From: an uncultured virus (IMG/VR IMGVR_UViG_3300017989_000063)
Taxonomy: Duplodnaviria > Heunggongvirae > Uroviricota > Caudoviricetes
Length of the DNA: 64,000 bases
Reading direction: 5' to 3' (one strand)
Virus record (IMG/VR): IMGVR_UViG_3300017989_000063
The position numbers and the translations under genes were made by a program. This document shows positions 20,350-32,060 of the stretch, one piece after another (the stretch's first letter is position 1; every line of letters begins with the position of its first letter). Under the pieces are notes generated by a model that did not search any database, was not told the origin of the DNA, and saw nothing but the letters and a program-made list of their open reading frames with translations.

Positions 20350-20963
20350 TCCGGGAGAGCGAGTTCACGATCGTCGGTCAGGCCATCGAGGCGGCGAGGC
20401 GGGTGCAGGAGTTCCTCTGGGGAGATCTCAACGAGAAGATCAACTTCGAGGAGTGGCTGCGGACGCTGCGCAAGCGTATCGTCAAGCTCGAGGAGGTGGA
20501 CGTCCGCAAGCCTCACGCCTCCGTGGAGGCCAGGAAGCGCCTGCTACAGGTGGCTGCGGTCTCCGTGGCATTCATGGCCCGTATCGGTGAGGATGGGATG
20601 CCTCCGGAGAACGATCCGGACGCGCCGCCCTACCTACACGACCGCTTCTCGGTGAAGCTCAAGGACGTCCCCGCACCAGAGTTCGAGGAGGGGGACGACG
20701 TGCGCGTTCCTCGGATGATGTGCTCTGCTCCTGGTCGTGGAGCCGGGAAGGGCTACATCCTCGCCAGGAAGCTGGTGTGGATGTACGACGTGTGCTTCAA
20801 CACCGATCCGGATCACCTCGAGGCGTTCCCGGAGGAGGACATCAGACCGCTCGTCGTTCGGTGCTCGAAGTGCCAGGCGCGGATGCACCGCTGCAAGACC
20901 GGGGACGACGACTGCTGGCACTGCGATGAGTGCGGAGAACAGCTAACCGAACCCAAGGAGTAG
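20346..20963 (+). CDS. Hypothetical protein with a MazG-like helical motif and Zn ribbon
   Basis: RKRLLQVAAVSVAF resembles the ELxQVAAV motif of phage MazG-like proteins; catalytic acidic residues not evident. Confidence 0.4.
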   Translation: MIRESEFTIVGQAIEAARRVQEFLWGDLNEKINFEEWLRTLRKRIVKLEEVDVRKPHASVEARKRLLQVAAVSVAFMARIGEDGMPPENDPDAPPYLHDRFSVKLKDVPAPEFEEGDDVRVPRMMCSAPGRGAGKGYILARKLVWMYDVCFNTDPDHLEAFPEEDIRPLVVRCSKCQARMHRCKTGDDDCWHCDECGEQLTEPKE

Positions 20964-21302
20964 GCCATGAAAGCCAGAATCGTCCGTATCCCCTCCGTCG
21001 ATTCGGAGAGGATGAACCGCGTCGCCGTCCGTATCACCAGCCTCACCTACGAGGGGGAAGGCGAGGACTCCCGGGCTACCTGCACAGAGGTGGCAAGGGT
21101 GCCCGTGGTCGAGCGCATCGACCCGCTCGAGCGAGACGGCGACATCATGATCGTCCACCTTCCCAGGCGGGACCTCGAGGAGGCCCTCGACCGGGCCCGG
21201 GAGAAGCTGGGGCTGCCCACCTACAAGGGGATGGCCGAGATCTGCGACAAGGTTCTCGAGCTCGGGGAGTTCGCGGAGGCGCGCAAGCCCAAGGAGAAGT
21301 AG

Positions 21303-21965
21303 ATGTACGTGCAGATCACCACTCGCTGCAACATGAGCTGCTCGCACTGCCTGTTCTCGTGCGGCCCCCGAGGCGAGGACATGAAGCGGGAGGTCTTCCT
21401 GCGCGCGGTGGAGCTGGCCGGGGATTACGGCCTCAACATCTTCCTTGGGGGAGGAGAGCCCACGCTGCACCCACTCTTCTTGGAGTTCGTAGCTCGGTCT
21501 CTCGTGGGCAACGAGTGGAGCCAGCCCGGGCTGGTCACCAACGGCACCTCCGACCTCGACGTGTTCCGGGTACTGCAGGCCCTGGCCCGCGCCGAGCTGC
21601 TCTACGTGGGGGTGTCCGACCCGGAGGACGGCTACCACGACATCAACATCGTCAAGCAGCACTGGATCGACTACGGCTGCAGGCAGGCCAACGAGTTCGG
21701 TATCCGCCGGTCGGGCTTCCACAAGCCCTCGCACATCCAGGCTCTCGGCCGAGCAAAGAGCTGGGGAGAGGACGAGCACGACGTCAGTGCCTGCTACGAT
21801 ATGACCATCACTCCCAGGGGGACGATCTACTGCTGCGAGTGGAAGCACCGCAGCTTTGGCAACATCATGAAGATCAGCGACAGTAGCTTCTCCAATGCTG
21901 TCGAGTACTGCGCCAACGAGGATAGCCGCCGCGGCGACTACTTCGAGAGGATGGGGCTGAAATGA
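21303..21965 (+). CDS. Radical SAM protein
   Basis: CNMSCSHC (CxxxCxxC), GGEPTLHP, VTNG. Confidence 0.9.
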   Translation: MYVQITTRCNMSCSHCLFSCGPRGEDMKREVFLRAVELAGDYGLNIFLGGGEPTLHPLFLEFVARSLVGNEWSQPGLVTNGTSDLDVFRVLQALARAELLYVGVSDPEDGYHDINIVKQHWIDYGCRQANEFGIRRSGFHKPSHIQALGRAKSWGEDEHDVSACYDMTITPRGTIYCCEWKHRSFGNIMKISDSSFSNAVEYCANEDSRRGDYFERMGLK

Positions 21966-23185
21966 AGCACACGCTGGGCTACTGGATCAGGCGCCTCGAG
22001 CACGACGAGTTCGCCGTCCTCTCCGTCCTGGATGTGGGGCCCGACAACGCCCTCGTGCCACAGGCAGTGAAGATCGCGGCCAAGAAGTTCGGCGGCCCGC
22101 GCAGCGTCGACCCACGGGACTACAACAGGCCGATGGAGAAGGTCTGCGAGGTCCTCTGCGCCGGCGTCGACTACGGAGCCATCGAGGCCACGAACATCGC
22201 GGCCGACCACCCCGGCTGGCACATCCCAGGGTTTTCACTGACACCCGAGGGCTTCCAGGCCGTGGTCGAGGAAGAGGAGCGCCGCGGCAGCTACTCCGAC
22301 CCCCAGGAGGATCTCAAGGGGATCGGCCTCGTCCACCCCCGGTTCGGGCGCCTGATCTTCCGACCCCATCCTGCCACCCTGCACGCCCTGTCCCTCGGCG
22401 CCGGCGTCCAGTCCACGGCCATCGCCTTGATGGTGGCCGAGGGAGTCATCAGCAGGCCCGACTGCGCCATCTTCTCGGACACGGGCTGGGAGCCAGCCGC
22501 GGTCTACCGGCACCTCGACTGGCTCGAGCGCGTGGTACCGTTTCCTGTCCATCGGGTGACCGGCGGGAACATCCGTCACGACATGATGTCCAGCGCGCTG
22601 GACGGAGCTAGGTGGGCAGGGCCCCCGCTCTACACCCTGGACGCCTCCGGCAGCAAGGGCAGGCTGCGCCGGCTCTGCACGAGGGAGTACAAGCTCCTGC
22701 CGATCATGCGCAAGGTGAAGGAGCTCTTCGGTCTCCGCAAGGGACAGCATGTCGGCTTGCGCAAGGTCGAGCAGTGGCTGGGCATCAGCACCGACGAGAA
22801 CCAGCGGGCCCGGCCCGCGGACGAGACCTGGGTACGTGTACGCTGGCCACTGCTCGAGCTCGACGTGAGCCGGCAGGGCTGCGTGGAGTGGATGTCCGCG
22901 ATGGGCTATCCCATCCCTCCTCGCTCGAGCTGCATCGGCTGTCCCTACCACTCCGACGCCGAGTGGGCGCGGATGAAGCGCGACCGCCCTGACGAGTGGG
23001 AAGACGCCTGCCTGATCGACGACACCGTGAGGGAAGGCGTCCGAGGAACTACTGACCTGCTCTTCACTCACCGCAGCCGACAGCCCCTCCGGGGTGTGCA
23101 GCTGCTCGATGACAAGGACTACGACCCTGTCGCTACTCCGGACTGCGGTTGCGCAGAGGAGATCAGCGACATTTGGGAGGATTAA
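21962..23185 (+). CDS. PAPS-reductase/PP-loop (adenine nucleotide alpha-hydrolase-like) protein with N-terminal extension
   Basis: SLGAGVQST PP-loop, FSDTGWE, CTREYK, GISTDE, SSCIGCPYH. Confidence 0.8.
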   Translation: MKHTLGYWIRRLEHDEFAVLSVLDVGPDNALVPQAVKIAAKKFGGPRSVDPRDYNRPMEKVCEVLCAGVDYGAIEATNIAADHPGWHIPGFSLTPEGFQAVVEEEERRGSYSDPQEDLKGIGLVHPRFGRLIFRPHPATLHALSLGAGVQSTAIALMVAEGVISRPDCAIFSDTGWEPAAVYRHLDWLERVVPFPVHRVTGGNIRHDMMSSALDGARWAGPPLYTLDASGSKGRLRRLCTREYKLLPIMRKVKELFGLRKGQHVGLRKVEQWLGISTDENQRARPADETWVRVRWPLLELDVSRQGCVEWMSAMGYPIPPRSSCIGCPYHSDAEWARMKRDRPDEWEDACLIDDTVREGVRGTTDLLFTHRSRQPLRGVQLLDDKDYDPVATPDCGCAEEISDIWED

Positions 23186-23781
23186 TGCCGAGCTTGAAGA
23201 AGTACCCTCCAACCGAATTCCCCATTCATATCGACATCCAGATCGCCCGAGAGTGGGTGATGCTACACCGATTCGATAAGAATGGGTGTGTGTGCGGGGT
23301 CTGCGACGGACTCGCCAAGGTGTATCGCAATACGATCAAGATGTACCACTCCCATTTCCTCTTCGGTCTCTATGAGGCTAGCAAAAGTAGCTGCTCGAGG
23401 GTGAACTGGTTGCTGGGGAGATTCCCTTGGATCGATGTACGAAGACACCCGCTCACCAAGCCATTCTCCAACGGGCAGCATGCCTGGTTCGGTAAGCACT
23501 GGAAGTTGATCGAGACGCAGCTGAACACCGACACCAGGAAAAAAGATTCTGGGCTGTGGAGGCTCCGTAGGAGGGGGGTGGCGTTCATCGAGGGGAGGCG
23601 TAGGGAGTGTTCTTACGTCGATCTCTACAAGGATACCATCGTCGAGTGGAGTGAGGAGGAGATCTACATCCAGGAGGTGTTCGGTCTGTTCGACTACGAT
23701 GAGCTCATGCAGGGCCTCCCAGACCTCAGGCAGAAGTATCTGGACAAGCTCAACAAAAGGAAAAAGAGGAGGGAGGACTAG
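23185..23781 (+). CDS. Zn-finger/winged-helix protein, paralogue of 36923-37414
   Basis: GCVCGVC..AKVYR...HWKLIE...SGLWRL..RG; visibly lower GC than flanks. Confidence 0.6.
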   Translation: MPSLKKYPPTEFPIHIDIQIAREWVMLHRFDKNGCVCGVCDGLAKVYRNTIKMYHSHFLFGLYEASKSSCSRVNWLLGRFPWIDVRRHPLTKPFSNGQHAWFGKHWKLIETQLNTDTRKKDSGLWRLRRRGVAFIEGRRRECSYVDLYKDTIVEWSEEEIYIQEVFGLFDYDELMQGLPDLRQKYLDKLNKRKKRRED

Positions 23782-26700
23782 ATGAGAACTACGAAGCTGG
23801 ATTCGATGTCTGTTCAGGACATCAACGAGATGGAGCGCCGTCTGCGAGAGGAGCTAGGGATGCCGGCGGTCGCGCAGCTCCTCAGTGCCTACATCGCTGG
23901 GCGCTGCCTCAACCCAATCGTCCGCGTGCACTACTCGGACCCAGCCTGCGTCGCTGACGATGTCAAGGAGAAGCTCGAGCGACGGATGCGCGCTCTTGCC
24001 AAGTTCCTCGATGTGGCCAGTCTCGAACGTGTGGACAAGGGCAACAGCGAGGAGCTCATCATCACCAAGGACGGCGTCACGAGGACCATCGCGGCTCATG
24101 GCAATCGCTACGACGGCGGATTCTTCTCTCTCGGATTCGAGTTCGATGAAGGAGTCGTGAGCGTGACCGACAAGGGCGACATCGCTGGCGCCACCAAGGA
24201 TGAGCTCCTCGAGGCTACTCGCATCATCCGAGAGGGATCAACAGAGGACGCGGCCCGCTTCATCGACGCTGCCCCCGACGACCGTAGTCGAAAGGCTCGG
24301 AAGGCACTGATGTTTGGGGTCCTCTACGGAATGAGAGGTGAGTGATGCCGTGCACTGAATGCCGTAGCGAGGACCGAGACGTCTGCCAGGGCTGCTTCGA
24401 CGTCATGCTCGAGCACCTGCAGTGGGCCGTCCGGCAGCTCCACGCCAAGAAGGAGCACGCCCTCTGTTTCGAGGACCTCCCGAAGTTGAAGGGCGCCGCC
24501 GTCGCAGCCCACCTGGACCCGGAGACGATGGAGGAGGGTCCGCACTGCGTCGACTGCGGCCGCTTCATAGTGCCGGGTGAGGAGAGCAGCCCGGCCAGTG
24601 AGGGAGGAGTCCTCTGTTCCGTCTGCGGACCGGAGGACGACGGCAGCAAGCTCTTCGACCTGAGCAAGGGCAAGTTCGGTGGGGAGGAGTCATGATCGAC
24701 GAGATGCCAGAAGCCATCCTGTTCATCGAGCCCGATCTTCCTCCGTCACCGGAGCCTGTCCTCGACCGCTACACGAGGAAGATGGCGGCCGCGCTGCGGG
24801 AGAGCGAGTCGGTCAACCCCACCCGCGGGTTCCACATCTGCTCCTGCGGAGCGCCGAGCTCCAACGTAGAGCACTCCATTCCGATGACGCCGTGTTACAC
24901 CAACTCGCTCTGCGTGCACTACCTAGCACACCACCGCGAGGAGGTGCCGGAGGAGGAGCTGCGGAAGGTGGACGAGCTCCCGTTCGAGGAGGTCGATCCC
25001 ATCCCCGACGAGCTCTGGTCTCCGGGCTGGAAGCCGGACCCCGTCTCCGTGCAGAGACGTGATCGACCCTACAAGGTCCTCGACATTGAACCGACCTCGC
25101 CCCCGCGCAAGATCAGGTTCAGGAAGGAGTCGTCATGAGCTACGAGAAGATGCAGTCCGTGCTGGGAATGCCGATCGCCAAGTGCGTCACGGCCCACGGA
25201 GAGCCCCATGTGATGATGTGCGACGGCCGGTGCGACAAGGCCTGGGGGATGAACTCGCGTCCGAGCGAGGACCTCGACCCCAACAACCCCGACGACTTCG
25301 TCTGGCTGTCCGACAGCGAGCTCGGGGAGGCTCCGGAGTGCCCCGGCACCTCAGAGGGCGGAGAGTACAAGCCCCAGAAGCCCGAGTTCCGCCTCAACAA
25401 GTGGTGCTACCGGGAGTGCGAGAGGTCGAGAGAGGCGAAGCTCAACGCCGAGCCCATCTCCCCCAGGGACTGGTCGAAGCGCGTGTACAACATCCCGAGG
25501 ATGGACGATTCCGCGAGGACGACGGAGGTGTTGCAGTGAGGATCATGACCGGAAAGCTCGTGGTCTCTCCCGGCTCCAACGTCGTCGCCATCGACCCTGT
25601 CCAGGTCACCTACCCCAAGCCGTGGATGGACACCGGCAACTTCGAGAGCGATCGGCTCCTCGTCGAGTGGCCGCCAGTGATGGGCATCCTCGTTCTCGAC
25701 TGGATGGACGGCATCGAGTACCACTGCCTCGACTGGGATGACATCCCTCGTGACCCAGTAGAGATCTTCAACCGCCTCGTCAGCTACGGCGTGGGCGACG
25801 ACGAGTACGTGCCTAGCCGCGCTGTCACCCGTATCCTCTCCAACATCTGGCATCTGCGGGGTGTGGACAGCGTCTACCTCTTCCACTACCGGGTCAACCT
25901 CGAGTGGCGGGACATCGAGCCGGCCATGCTGGCCTGGCGCGAGGGCAAGCAGCCCCCTCTCTACGACGGTCGGGAGCCCAAGGAGAGGATGTTCCGGGTC
26001 CGCGTCAGCCGTCCGTTCTGGATGACCGGCGACATCGAGGTTGGTGCCCGCAGCATCTACGAGGCCGAGCGCAGGGCCCTCCGCAACATCGACGACATCG
26101 AGATGAAGCTCGGAGATGCGGTGGAGGACTCCGGGCTCGAGGAGGCCTTCGTGGAGTGCGAGCTCTCCTGCGAGTGCGACGGCCACGAGCTCGACGGCTA
26201 TGAGTGCCCGAAGTGCGGCCGCAAGCACGAACTGGAGGTGGACGATGTCAGCAAGTGAGCAGGAGATCTACCTGGTGCAGTACCACCACGCGACGGGAGT
26301 GGAGGTGATCGTCGGGCGTACTCCAGCCCAGCTCGACTCCGAGCTCCAGAAGATCGTCCGGGAGAACCTGCACCAGATCCACGAGGACCGCCGGGGTGAG
26401 CATCCGACCGAGCTGGCCTCGAAGTGGGACATCCTCACCGACGGTCGAGAGCGCTTCGAGTTCCTTGGTGCCAGGACCGTCCCCTACCCGGATGCTGCGC
26501 TCACGCTCTACCTTCGCAACGGCCGCAAGATCGAGGTGGGCCAGGGCGATGAGCACAAGTACGGGGGGTGGGTCCGAGTCCTGGACCCCCGAGGCAATCA
26601 GCTGGGCTACTGGACGTCCGAGGAGTGGCGCCTCGACCCGGAGTGCGTGATGGGCGCGTTCCTGGCGTGTGCGGCCCTCGGGCACGGAGGTGATACATGA

Positions 26701-28412
26701 GCGCACCCAAGAGGCTGCTGGAGGCGGGCCCGGGCGACGTGCTCGCCGCAGTCAAGCAGAAGATCGACGTCGCCCTGCTCGAGATCATCAGCGACGAGGA
26801 GTGGGCGCAGCTCATCGCCCGGCAGTTCGAGAAGTTCAAGACGGAGAAGCTGCCGGCGCTGGTGAACACAGAGCTGGAGAAGTTCCTGCGGCCGCGGCTG
26901 GAGGAGTGGATCAAGAACTGCCTCTGGTCGGACTACGACTGGGAGGAGCGTTTCGACGGCATCCTCGAGATCGTGGTGAGGGAGGGCACCCAGGCCTGGT
27001 TCAAGATGCTCATGCAGGGGGCTCTGCGGTCGATGCAGAATCCCTACAACCGCGTGTGTGGGCAGTGCGGCTTCGTCCTCCCTGCGAACTCGACGGAGCA
27101 CAACTGCCCGCGGTGCAACAACTGGATGGGGGCGTGAGATGGACAAGAATCTGAAGGTACAGTCGCTGTGCATCGCGACGAGACAGATCTTCCGCAGGCC
27201 CATCACCGGGGTGTTCTCCAAGGAGCCAGAGAGCACCCTCGAGGAGCGTAAGAAGCTGCTCGAGGAGAAGCTGTACGCGATCGGCGGGTGCCGAGTTCAC
27301 CACAAGGACGATCTCGCCCTGCCGCTCCAGGTGGAGTACCTCGAGATCCTTCTGGACTTCGAGACCAACCCACCGTGTGGGTGTGCTTCGCACAGGAAGG
27401 AGGCGGCCAGTGGCTGACGAGCGCAAGTTCTTCAAGACCCGGATCGAGGTCGTGGTCATCAGCCGGGACCCCATCGAGGGCGTCACCCTGCTGGACATCG
27501 ACCACATGATCGACGAGGGGGACGCCGCCGGCAACTGGGGTCACGTCGACAGCAAGGAGCTCACCCCTCAGGAGGCCGTCGAGGCCCTCAAGGAGATCGG
27601 CAGCGAGCCCGACTTCTTCAACATGGACGAGTACGGCAACGACATCGACCTCATCGACGATCTCTCCTGCGCGGTCCCCACGGAGGACTACCTCGACGAG
27701 GCCGTGCACGATGCGATGTCGAACACGGCCGCCAACATCAACAACCGCGGGATCGTGAAGCAGGTCTCGTTCCTCATCAGCGAGCTCGGGGACGTGGCCG
27801 TCAGGGAGCTCATCGACGGCCACGTCCCCTCGCCCCCTCGTGAGACGCCCGTCTGCAAGACCTGCCCCGGGTGCGGGCGCACCATCGGTCCGACTCTCAC
27901 GATCTGCCCGCACGAGGACTGCCGAGTCGAGCAGACCGAGGTCTATCCTGCCGACGACAGACCGGTCGCGACCATCGGCGAGGACGGCAAGGTGACGGTG
28001 CTGGACGACGACGAGGACTGAGGCTACCCTCTGCCTGGAAGGAGGCGGTGCTGTGAAGGACGTTCTGGGAGTGGCGGCGGGACCTCGAGCACAGGTGACT
28101 GGCTCGGAGTTCTTGGAGACCGCCAAGATGCAGTTCGAGGACTACATCATCGAGGGGGAGCAGTGCGCCCTCGTCGTGGCCTTGGAGACGAAGGACGGCG
28201 TGCCCGACGAGGTGGCCGTCATCTACCGGATCTACCGCATCCGAGGGGAGCTCGAGCACACCATCATTGAACCACACACCCTCGAGGCGAAGGCCATCAT
28301 CGCCGTCGCCGGCGACGCCATCGACGAGATCACGGGTGCCGATGCCCGCGGCGAGAGCCAGTGTGCTGTCTGCCACGCAGAGGAGGACGACGATGTCCCC
28401 ACCATCCATTGA
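23782..28412 (+). other. Run of ~10 small hypothetical CDSs, many with CxxC motifs
   Basis: Consecutive overlapping + ORFs starting near 23782, 24345, 24692, 25135, 25545, 26245, 26697, 27139, 27410, 28053. Confidence 0.6.
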
Positions 28413-29100
28413 GCGCTGCGGAAACCTGGGTGATCGAGGGAAGTGCCTCCACTTCGACGAGCCGTGCTTCAACGGCCGAGCCGACTACTGCTGGGCCTAT
28501 GAGGGCAACGCCAACCCTGGTCGGCCCTCACCAGAGGAGCGAGCGCTCCTCTACTCCAACCGCTTCCCCGACTGGCCTCCGCTGCAGGTTGTGGGTGGTC
28601 GTCTCTTCGGTATCTGGCACATCGGCAACGACTACCGTAACAAGACCGAGTACCACGGCGCCTACCCCCGCTCCTACTTGCCTCGCGTGATGTCGATGTT
28701 CCCCGACATGCAGAACGTCCTGCACGCATTCTCAGGCTCGCTGCCCCCCGGTCCCTACACCCGCGTCGACCTGCTGCAGCCGGCTGAAGTGAACTGCAGT
28801 GTGGAGAGCCTACCCGACGACTGGACCGGCTGCTACGACCTGGCGATGGCCGACCCTCCCTACACCAAGAAGGACGCCGAGATCTACGGTACCCCGATGC
28901 CTGTCGGCCGAAGGTGCACCCTCGAGCTGGCCCGGGTTCTGCGCCCTGGCGGCTGGCTCGTTTGGTTGGATACGAAGTGGCCACAGTTCCGCAAGCGCCT
29001 GCTCGAGCACCGCGGCTTCGTAGGAGTTGTCCGCAGTACCAACCACGTCGTGCGCCTGGCCAGCTTCTTTGAGCGAACCGAGGTGGACTGGGAAGCCTGA
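28393..29100 (+). CDS. DNA amino-methyltransferase-like protein
   Basis: YHGAYP, VLHAFSGS (degenerate motif I), catalytic ADPPY, ARVLRPGG. Confidence 0.75.
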   Translation: MSPPSIERCGNLGDRGKCLHFDEPCFNGRADYCWAYEGNANPGRPSPEERALLYSNRFPDWPPLQVVGGRLFGIWHIGNDYRNKTEYHGAYPRSYLPRVMSMFPDMQNVLHAFSGSLPPGPYTRVDLLQPAEVNCSVESLPDDWTGCYDLAMADPPYTKKDAEIYGTPMPVGRRCTLELARVLRPGGWLVWLDTKWPQFRKRLLEHRGFVGVVRSTNHVVRLASFFERTEVDWEA

Positions 29101-29140
29101 CCCCACCCCTCGACACAGATAGAAAGGAGTGTGTTCCAAC

Positions 29141-29632
29141 ATGGAGCAGATGAGCCTGTCCGAGAAGGAGTACGAGGTCCTCAAGCTCTTGGTGGGTGCG
29201 CATCGCATAGCGGACCCGTCCGAGATGACCGTCGCCCACATCGCGAGCGCCGTCGACATGCGAGTGAACACCACCCGTCGCCTGCTCCTGATCCTCTATC
29301 ACAAAAGGCTCGTCACCAAGACGGCCTCGGGTCACTATGTCGTCAGCGAGGGTGGGCTGACCGTCTTCAACGAGCTCGAGCGCGTGGAGGAACCCGCCCC
29401 CTACGACTGGTTGGTGCTCCGAAGGCTGTCCGATGTGCAGAATAGAAACTGCGGAGAGAACTCCACTGCTCGAGCTCTCTACGAAGGTTGTGAGTCTTTG
29501 CGCGACAGAGACATCAGGACGCTGCGCCGCACGCTCAACCAACTGGAGGAGGTGGGAGACGTCGAGGCTGTTCCCGGCCGCGGATCGGCTACCTACTGGC
29601 GCATCACGGACAAGGGGAGGTCCAGGCTATGA
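29141..29632 (+). CDS. Tandem winged-helix DNA-binding protein
   Basis: Two wHTH-like units ending YVVSEGG and YWRITDKG. Confidence 0.6.
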   Translation: MEQMSLSEKEYEVLKLLVGAHRIADPSEMTVAHIASAVDMRVNTTRRLLLILYHKRLVTKTASGHYVVSEGGLTVFNELERVEEPAPYDWLVLRRLSDVQNRNCGENSTARALYEGCESLRDRDIRTLRRTLNQLEEVGDVEAVPGRGSATYWRITDKGRSRL

Positions 29633-30006
29633 CCGATGTCGTCGATGGAGTCCCTCTTCGTCCATGCGTCCGATGTGGGTACTGCTGTAAGAAGGCTCGC
29701 TGCGCTCTATCCCTCATCGCGGAGGGACGATACACAGAAGAGACTCTCCCGTCAGATCCATTCGTCGTCGGGCTGCTGGATGAAGATCTGGACGCGCTAA
29801 GAGAGGAGTGCCCTTACCTTCGGGGGGACGGACCCGGCAGTTACAGGTGCGGCCTCCTCGACTCCGATTCACCAGTCGACGAGGAGATGGTGAGGGAGTG
29901 GTTGTCGATCGGAGAGGGATGCAGCTCCTCTCTCAACTCTGACCGGCTCGAGCTGGTGAAGAGGCTAGCTCAGGAGTCCGAAGCGGGGGCCCGTTCCCCG
30001 GTATAA
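29629..30006 (+). CDS. YkgJ-like Cys-cluster (Fe-S/Zn) protein
   Basis: CVRCGYCC...C...CPYL...YRC. Confidence 0.6.
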   Translation: MTDVVDGVPLRPCVRCGYCCKKARCALSLIAEGRYTEETLPSDPFVVGLLDEDLDALREECPYLRGDGPGSYRCGLLDSDSPVDEEMVREWLSIGEGCSSSLNSDRLELVKRLAQESEAGARSPV

Positions 30007-30015
30007 GCCTGATGA
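29991..30015 (+). promoter_or_regulatory. TATAAG motif copy 3
   Basis: TTCCCCGG-TATAAG at 30002, at a gene junction. Confidence 0.5.
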
Positions 30016-30704
30016 ACGCTTCCGACATTACTTTTTCCGAGGAGGGACCGATGTCCTGGATGCACACCTACAGGGGGATCAAGTTCGATCTCCTCAACCC
30101 CCAGCCGTCGATGGTGGACCCGCTCGACCTGGTGATCTCACTCGCTCACATCTGCAGGTTCACCGGACACACCGGGGAGCTCTACTCCGTGGCGCAGCAC
30201 AGCGTCCTCGTTTCCCAGCTCGCAGAGAATCTGGCCAACGAGAAGTGGGGAGACGACTGCCAGGAACACGAGCGTATCCGGCTGCTGGCCGCCAAGCTCG
30301 GGCTGATGCACGACGCTTCCGAGGCCTACACCAACGACCTGTCCCGGCCCCTCCGCCACATCGAGCCTCTCGGCTCCGCGTTCAAGGCCATCGAGGACAA
30401 GGTCCGCAGGGCCATCTTCATCAAGTTCAACCTGCAGTGGCCTGCCCAGAGCGACCTCTGGAAGCTGGTGAAATTCGCAGACGACTGCCTGCTGCTCACC
30501 GAGGGCCGTGACCTGATGCATGGCTATCATGAGTGGGACCTCCACGATCCTGACGCCTACCCCGTCGATACCATCCGCATCGAGAGCAGCACTGATGCGG
30601 CCTACAACTTCGCCAGCCGGCTCAACGCTCTGGGCGAGTGGCAGGGGTTCCTCGACAAGGGAGATCCTCTCGCTGGGAGGGGCGCGTGGACTGTGGACTA
30701 CTGA
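30012..30704 (+). CDS. HD-domain phosphohydrolase (YfbR/YfdR-like 5'-deoxynucleotidase)
   Basis: LAHICRFTGH..YSVAQHS, LMHDASEAY..D, VKFAD. Confidence 0.85.
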   Translation: MNASDITFSEEGPMSWMHTYRGIKFDLLNPQPSMVDPLDLVISLAHICRFTGHTGELYSVAQHSVLVSQLAENLANEKWGDDCQEHERIRLLAAKLGLMHDASEAYTNDLSRPLRHIEPLGSAFKAIEDKVRRAIFIKFNLQWPAQSDLWKLVKFADDCLLLTEGRDLMHGYHEWDLHDPDAYPVDTIRIESSTDAAYNFASRLNALGEWQGFLDKGDPLAGRGAWTVDY

Positions 30705-31383
30705 TCGCCATCGGGTTCTACCTGCTGGTGGCCTACTGCGTGTGGGCTGGGAGGAGAAGATGAAGACTATCCGTGTGGAGATGGACGAGGAGCTCTACCG
30801 TCGTGTGGTCCAGGACCAGCAGCACGGAGAGACCAGGTCGGAGGCGGTCTGCCGTATCCTCTGGGACGGCGTCCGAGGTGACCCCGAGGCGGTGAGCCTC
30901 ATCGAGCGCGCGTTCAACAGCGACATCAACTGGAACCGGGAGAGCGGCACCCTCTGGAAGGCGATGCGCTGCTTCCTCCGGCATCGGCTGAACCTGGGTC
31001 GCTGGGACCGAATCGACAACGCGAGAGGTGCAAGATGATCGACTGGACGGTGTCCGAGAAGTACGGCACTCGCGTGGCCAAGTCCACGACGAGGCCGTTC
31101 GGCAAGAGCGTGCTGGTGCTCGAGAGCCCTCCTCTCGTGGTGCTCGGAGACATGGATCGTCTCGAGTCGGAGATGTACTCCTACGTCAACGGGCAGATGG
31201 TGCTGCAAGGTGAGTGGCCATTCCCCGTGGGCGAGCAGCACAAGGTGATGGCCGAGGTCAAGAAGCGGATCTCCGACGGTAAGGAGAATGTGATCGCCAT
31301 CGCCCAGGACCTGTGCGACAGGTTCCGCAGCGCCCGGGAGGAGCGGCGCCGGCTGCAGAAGAAGAGATCCGAGGAGGAAGGAG

Positions 31384-31545
31384 ATGCCTAAGCTCATCCA
31401 CTTCGAGATGGAGACCGCAGAGCACGCGCTCTGCGACTACCGGGTCTTCGACCCCAAGAAGCTGACCCTCGACCGGAAGAGGGTCACCTGCCGGCGCTGC
31501 CTGCGCAAGCTGGAGAAGCGCGACAAGAAGGAGCGAGAGAGATGA
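31384..31545 (+). CDS. Small Zn-finger protein (53 aa, absent from ORF track)
   Basis: Translates MPKLIHF...ALCD...VTCRRCLRK; overlaps both neighbours. Confidence 0.55.
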   Translation: MPKLIHFEMETAEHALCDYRVFDPKKLTLDRKRVTCRRCLRKLEKRDKKERER

Positions 31546-32060
31546 TCATCGTGTCGGGAACAGGACACCGGCCGCCCAAGCTCGGTGGCTACAGCGACGA
31601 CGTCTTCTGGTGCTTGGTGGACATGGCCAAGGACTGGCTGGTTCGTATCCAGGAAGAGCTGAACGACAAGGTCGTCGAGGTCGTGTCGGGCATGGCCCTC
31701 GGGTGGGACCAGGCGCTCGCCCAGGCTGCCATCGAGCTGGGCATCCCCCTCGTCGCTGCCATTCCTTGCGAGGGGCAGGAGTCGCGCTGGCCGCCCGAGT
31801 CTCGCGCTCGCTACAACTCCATCCTGTCCAAGGCCACCCGCGTCGAGCTCGTCAGCAAGGGCGTGTACCATCCGGCCAAGATGCAACGCCGCAACGAGTG
31901 GATGGTCGACCGAGGCACTCACATCGCCGCGGTCTGGGACGGCTCCGGAGGCGGCACCCGCAACTGCCTGCGCTACGCAGACAAGCAGGAGAAGCCGGTG
32001 TACAACCTGTGGGACCTGTGGGTCGACAAGTACCGGCCCCGAGAGGAGGTGCAGGAATGA
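31542..32060 (+). CDS. SLOG superfamily protein (YspA/DUF1273-like)
   Basis: TGHRP, SGMALGWD, RRNEWMVD, WDGSGGGTRNC. Confidence 0.85.
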   Translation: MIIVSGTGHRPPKLGGYSDDVFWCLVDMAKDWLVRIQEELNDKVVEVVSGMALGWDQALAQAAIELGIPLVAAIPCEGQESRWPPESRARYNSILSKATRVELVSKGVYHPAKMQRRNEWMVDRGTHIAAVWDGSGGGTRNCLRYADKQEKPVYNLWDLWVDKYRPREEVQE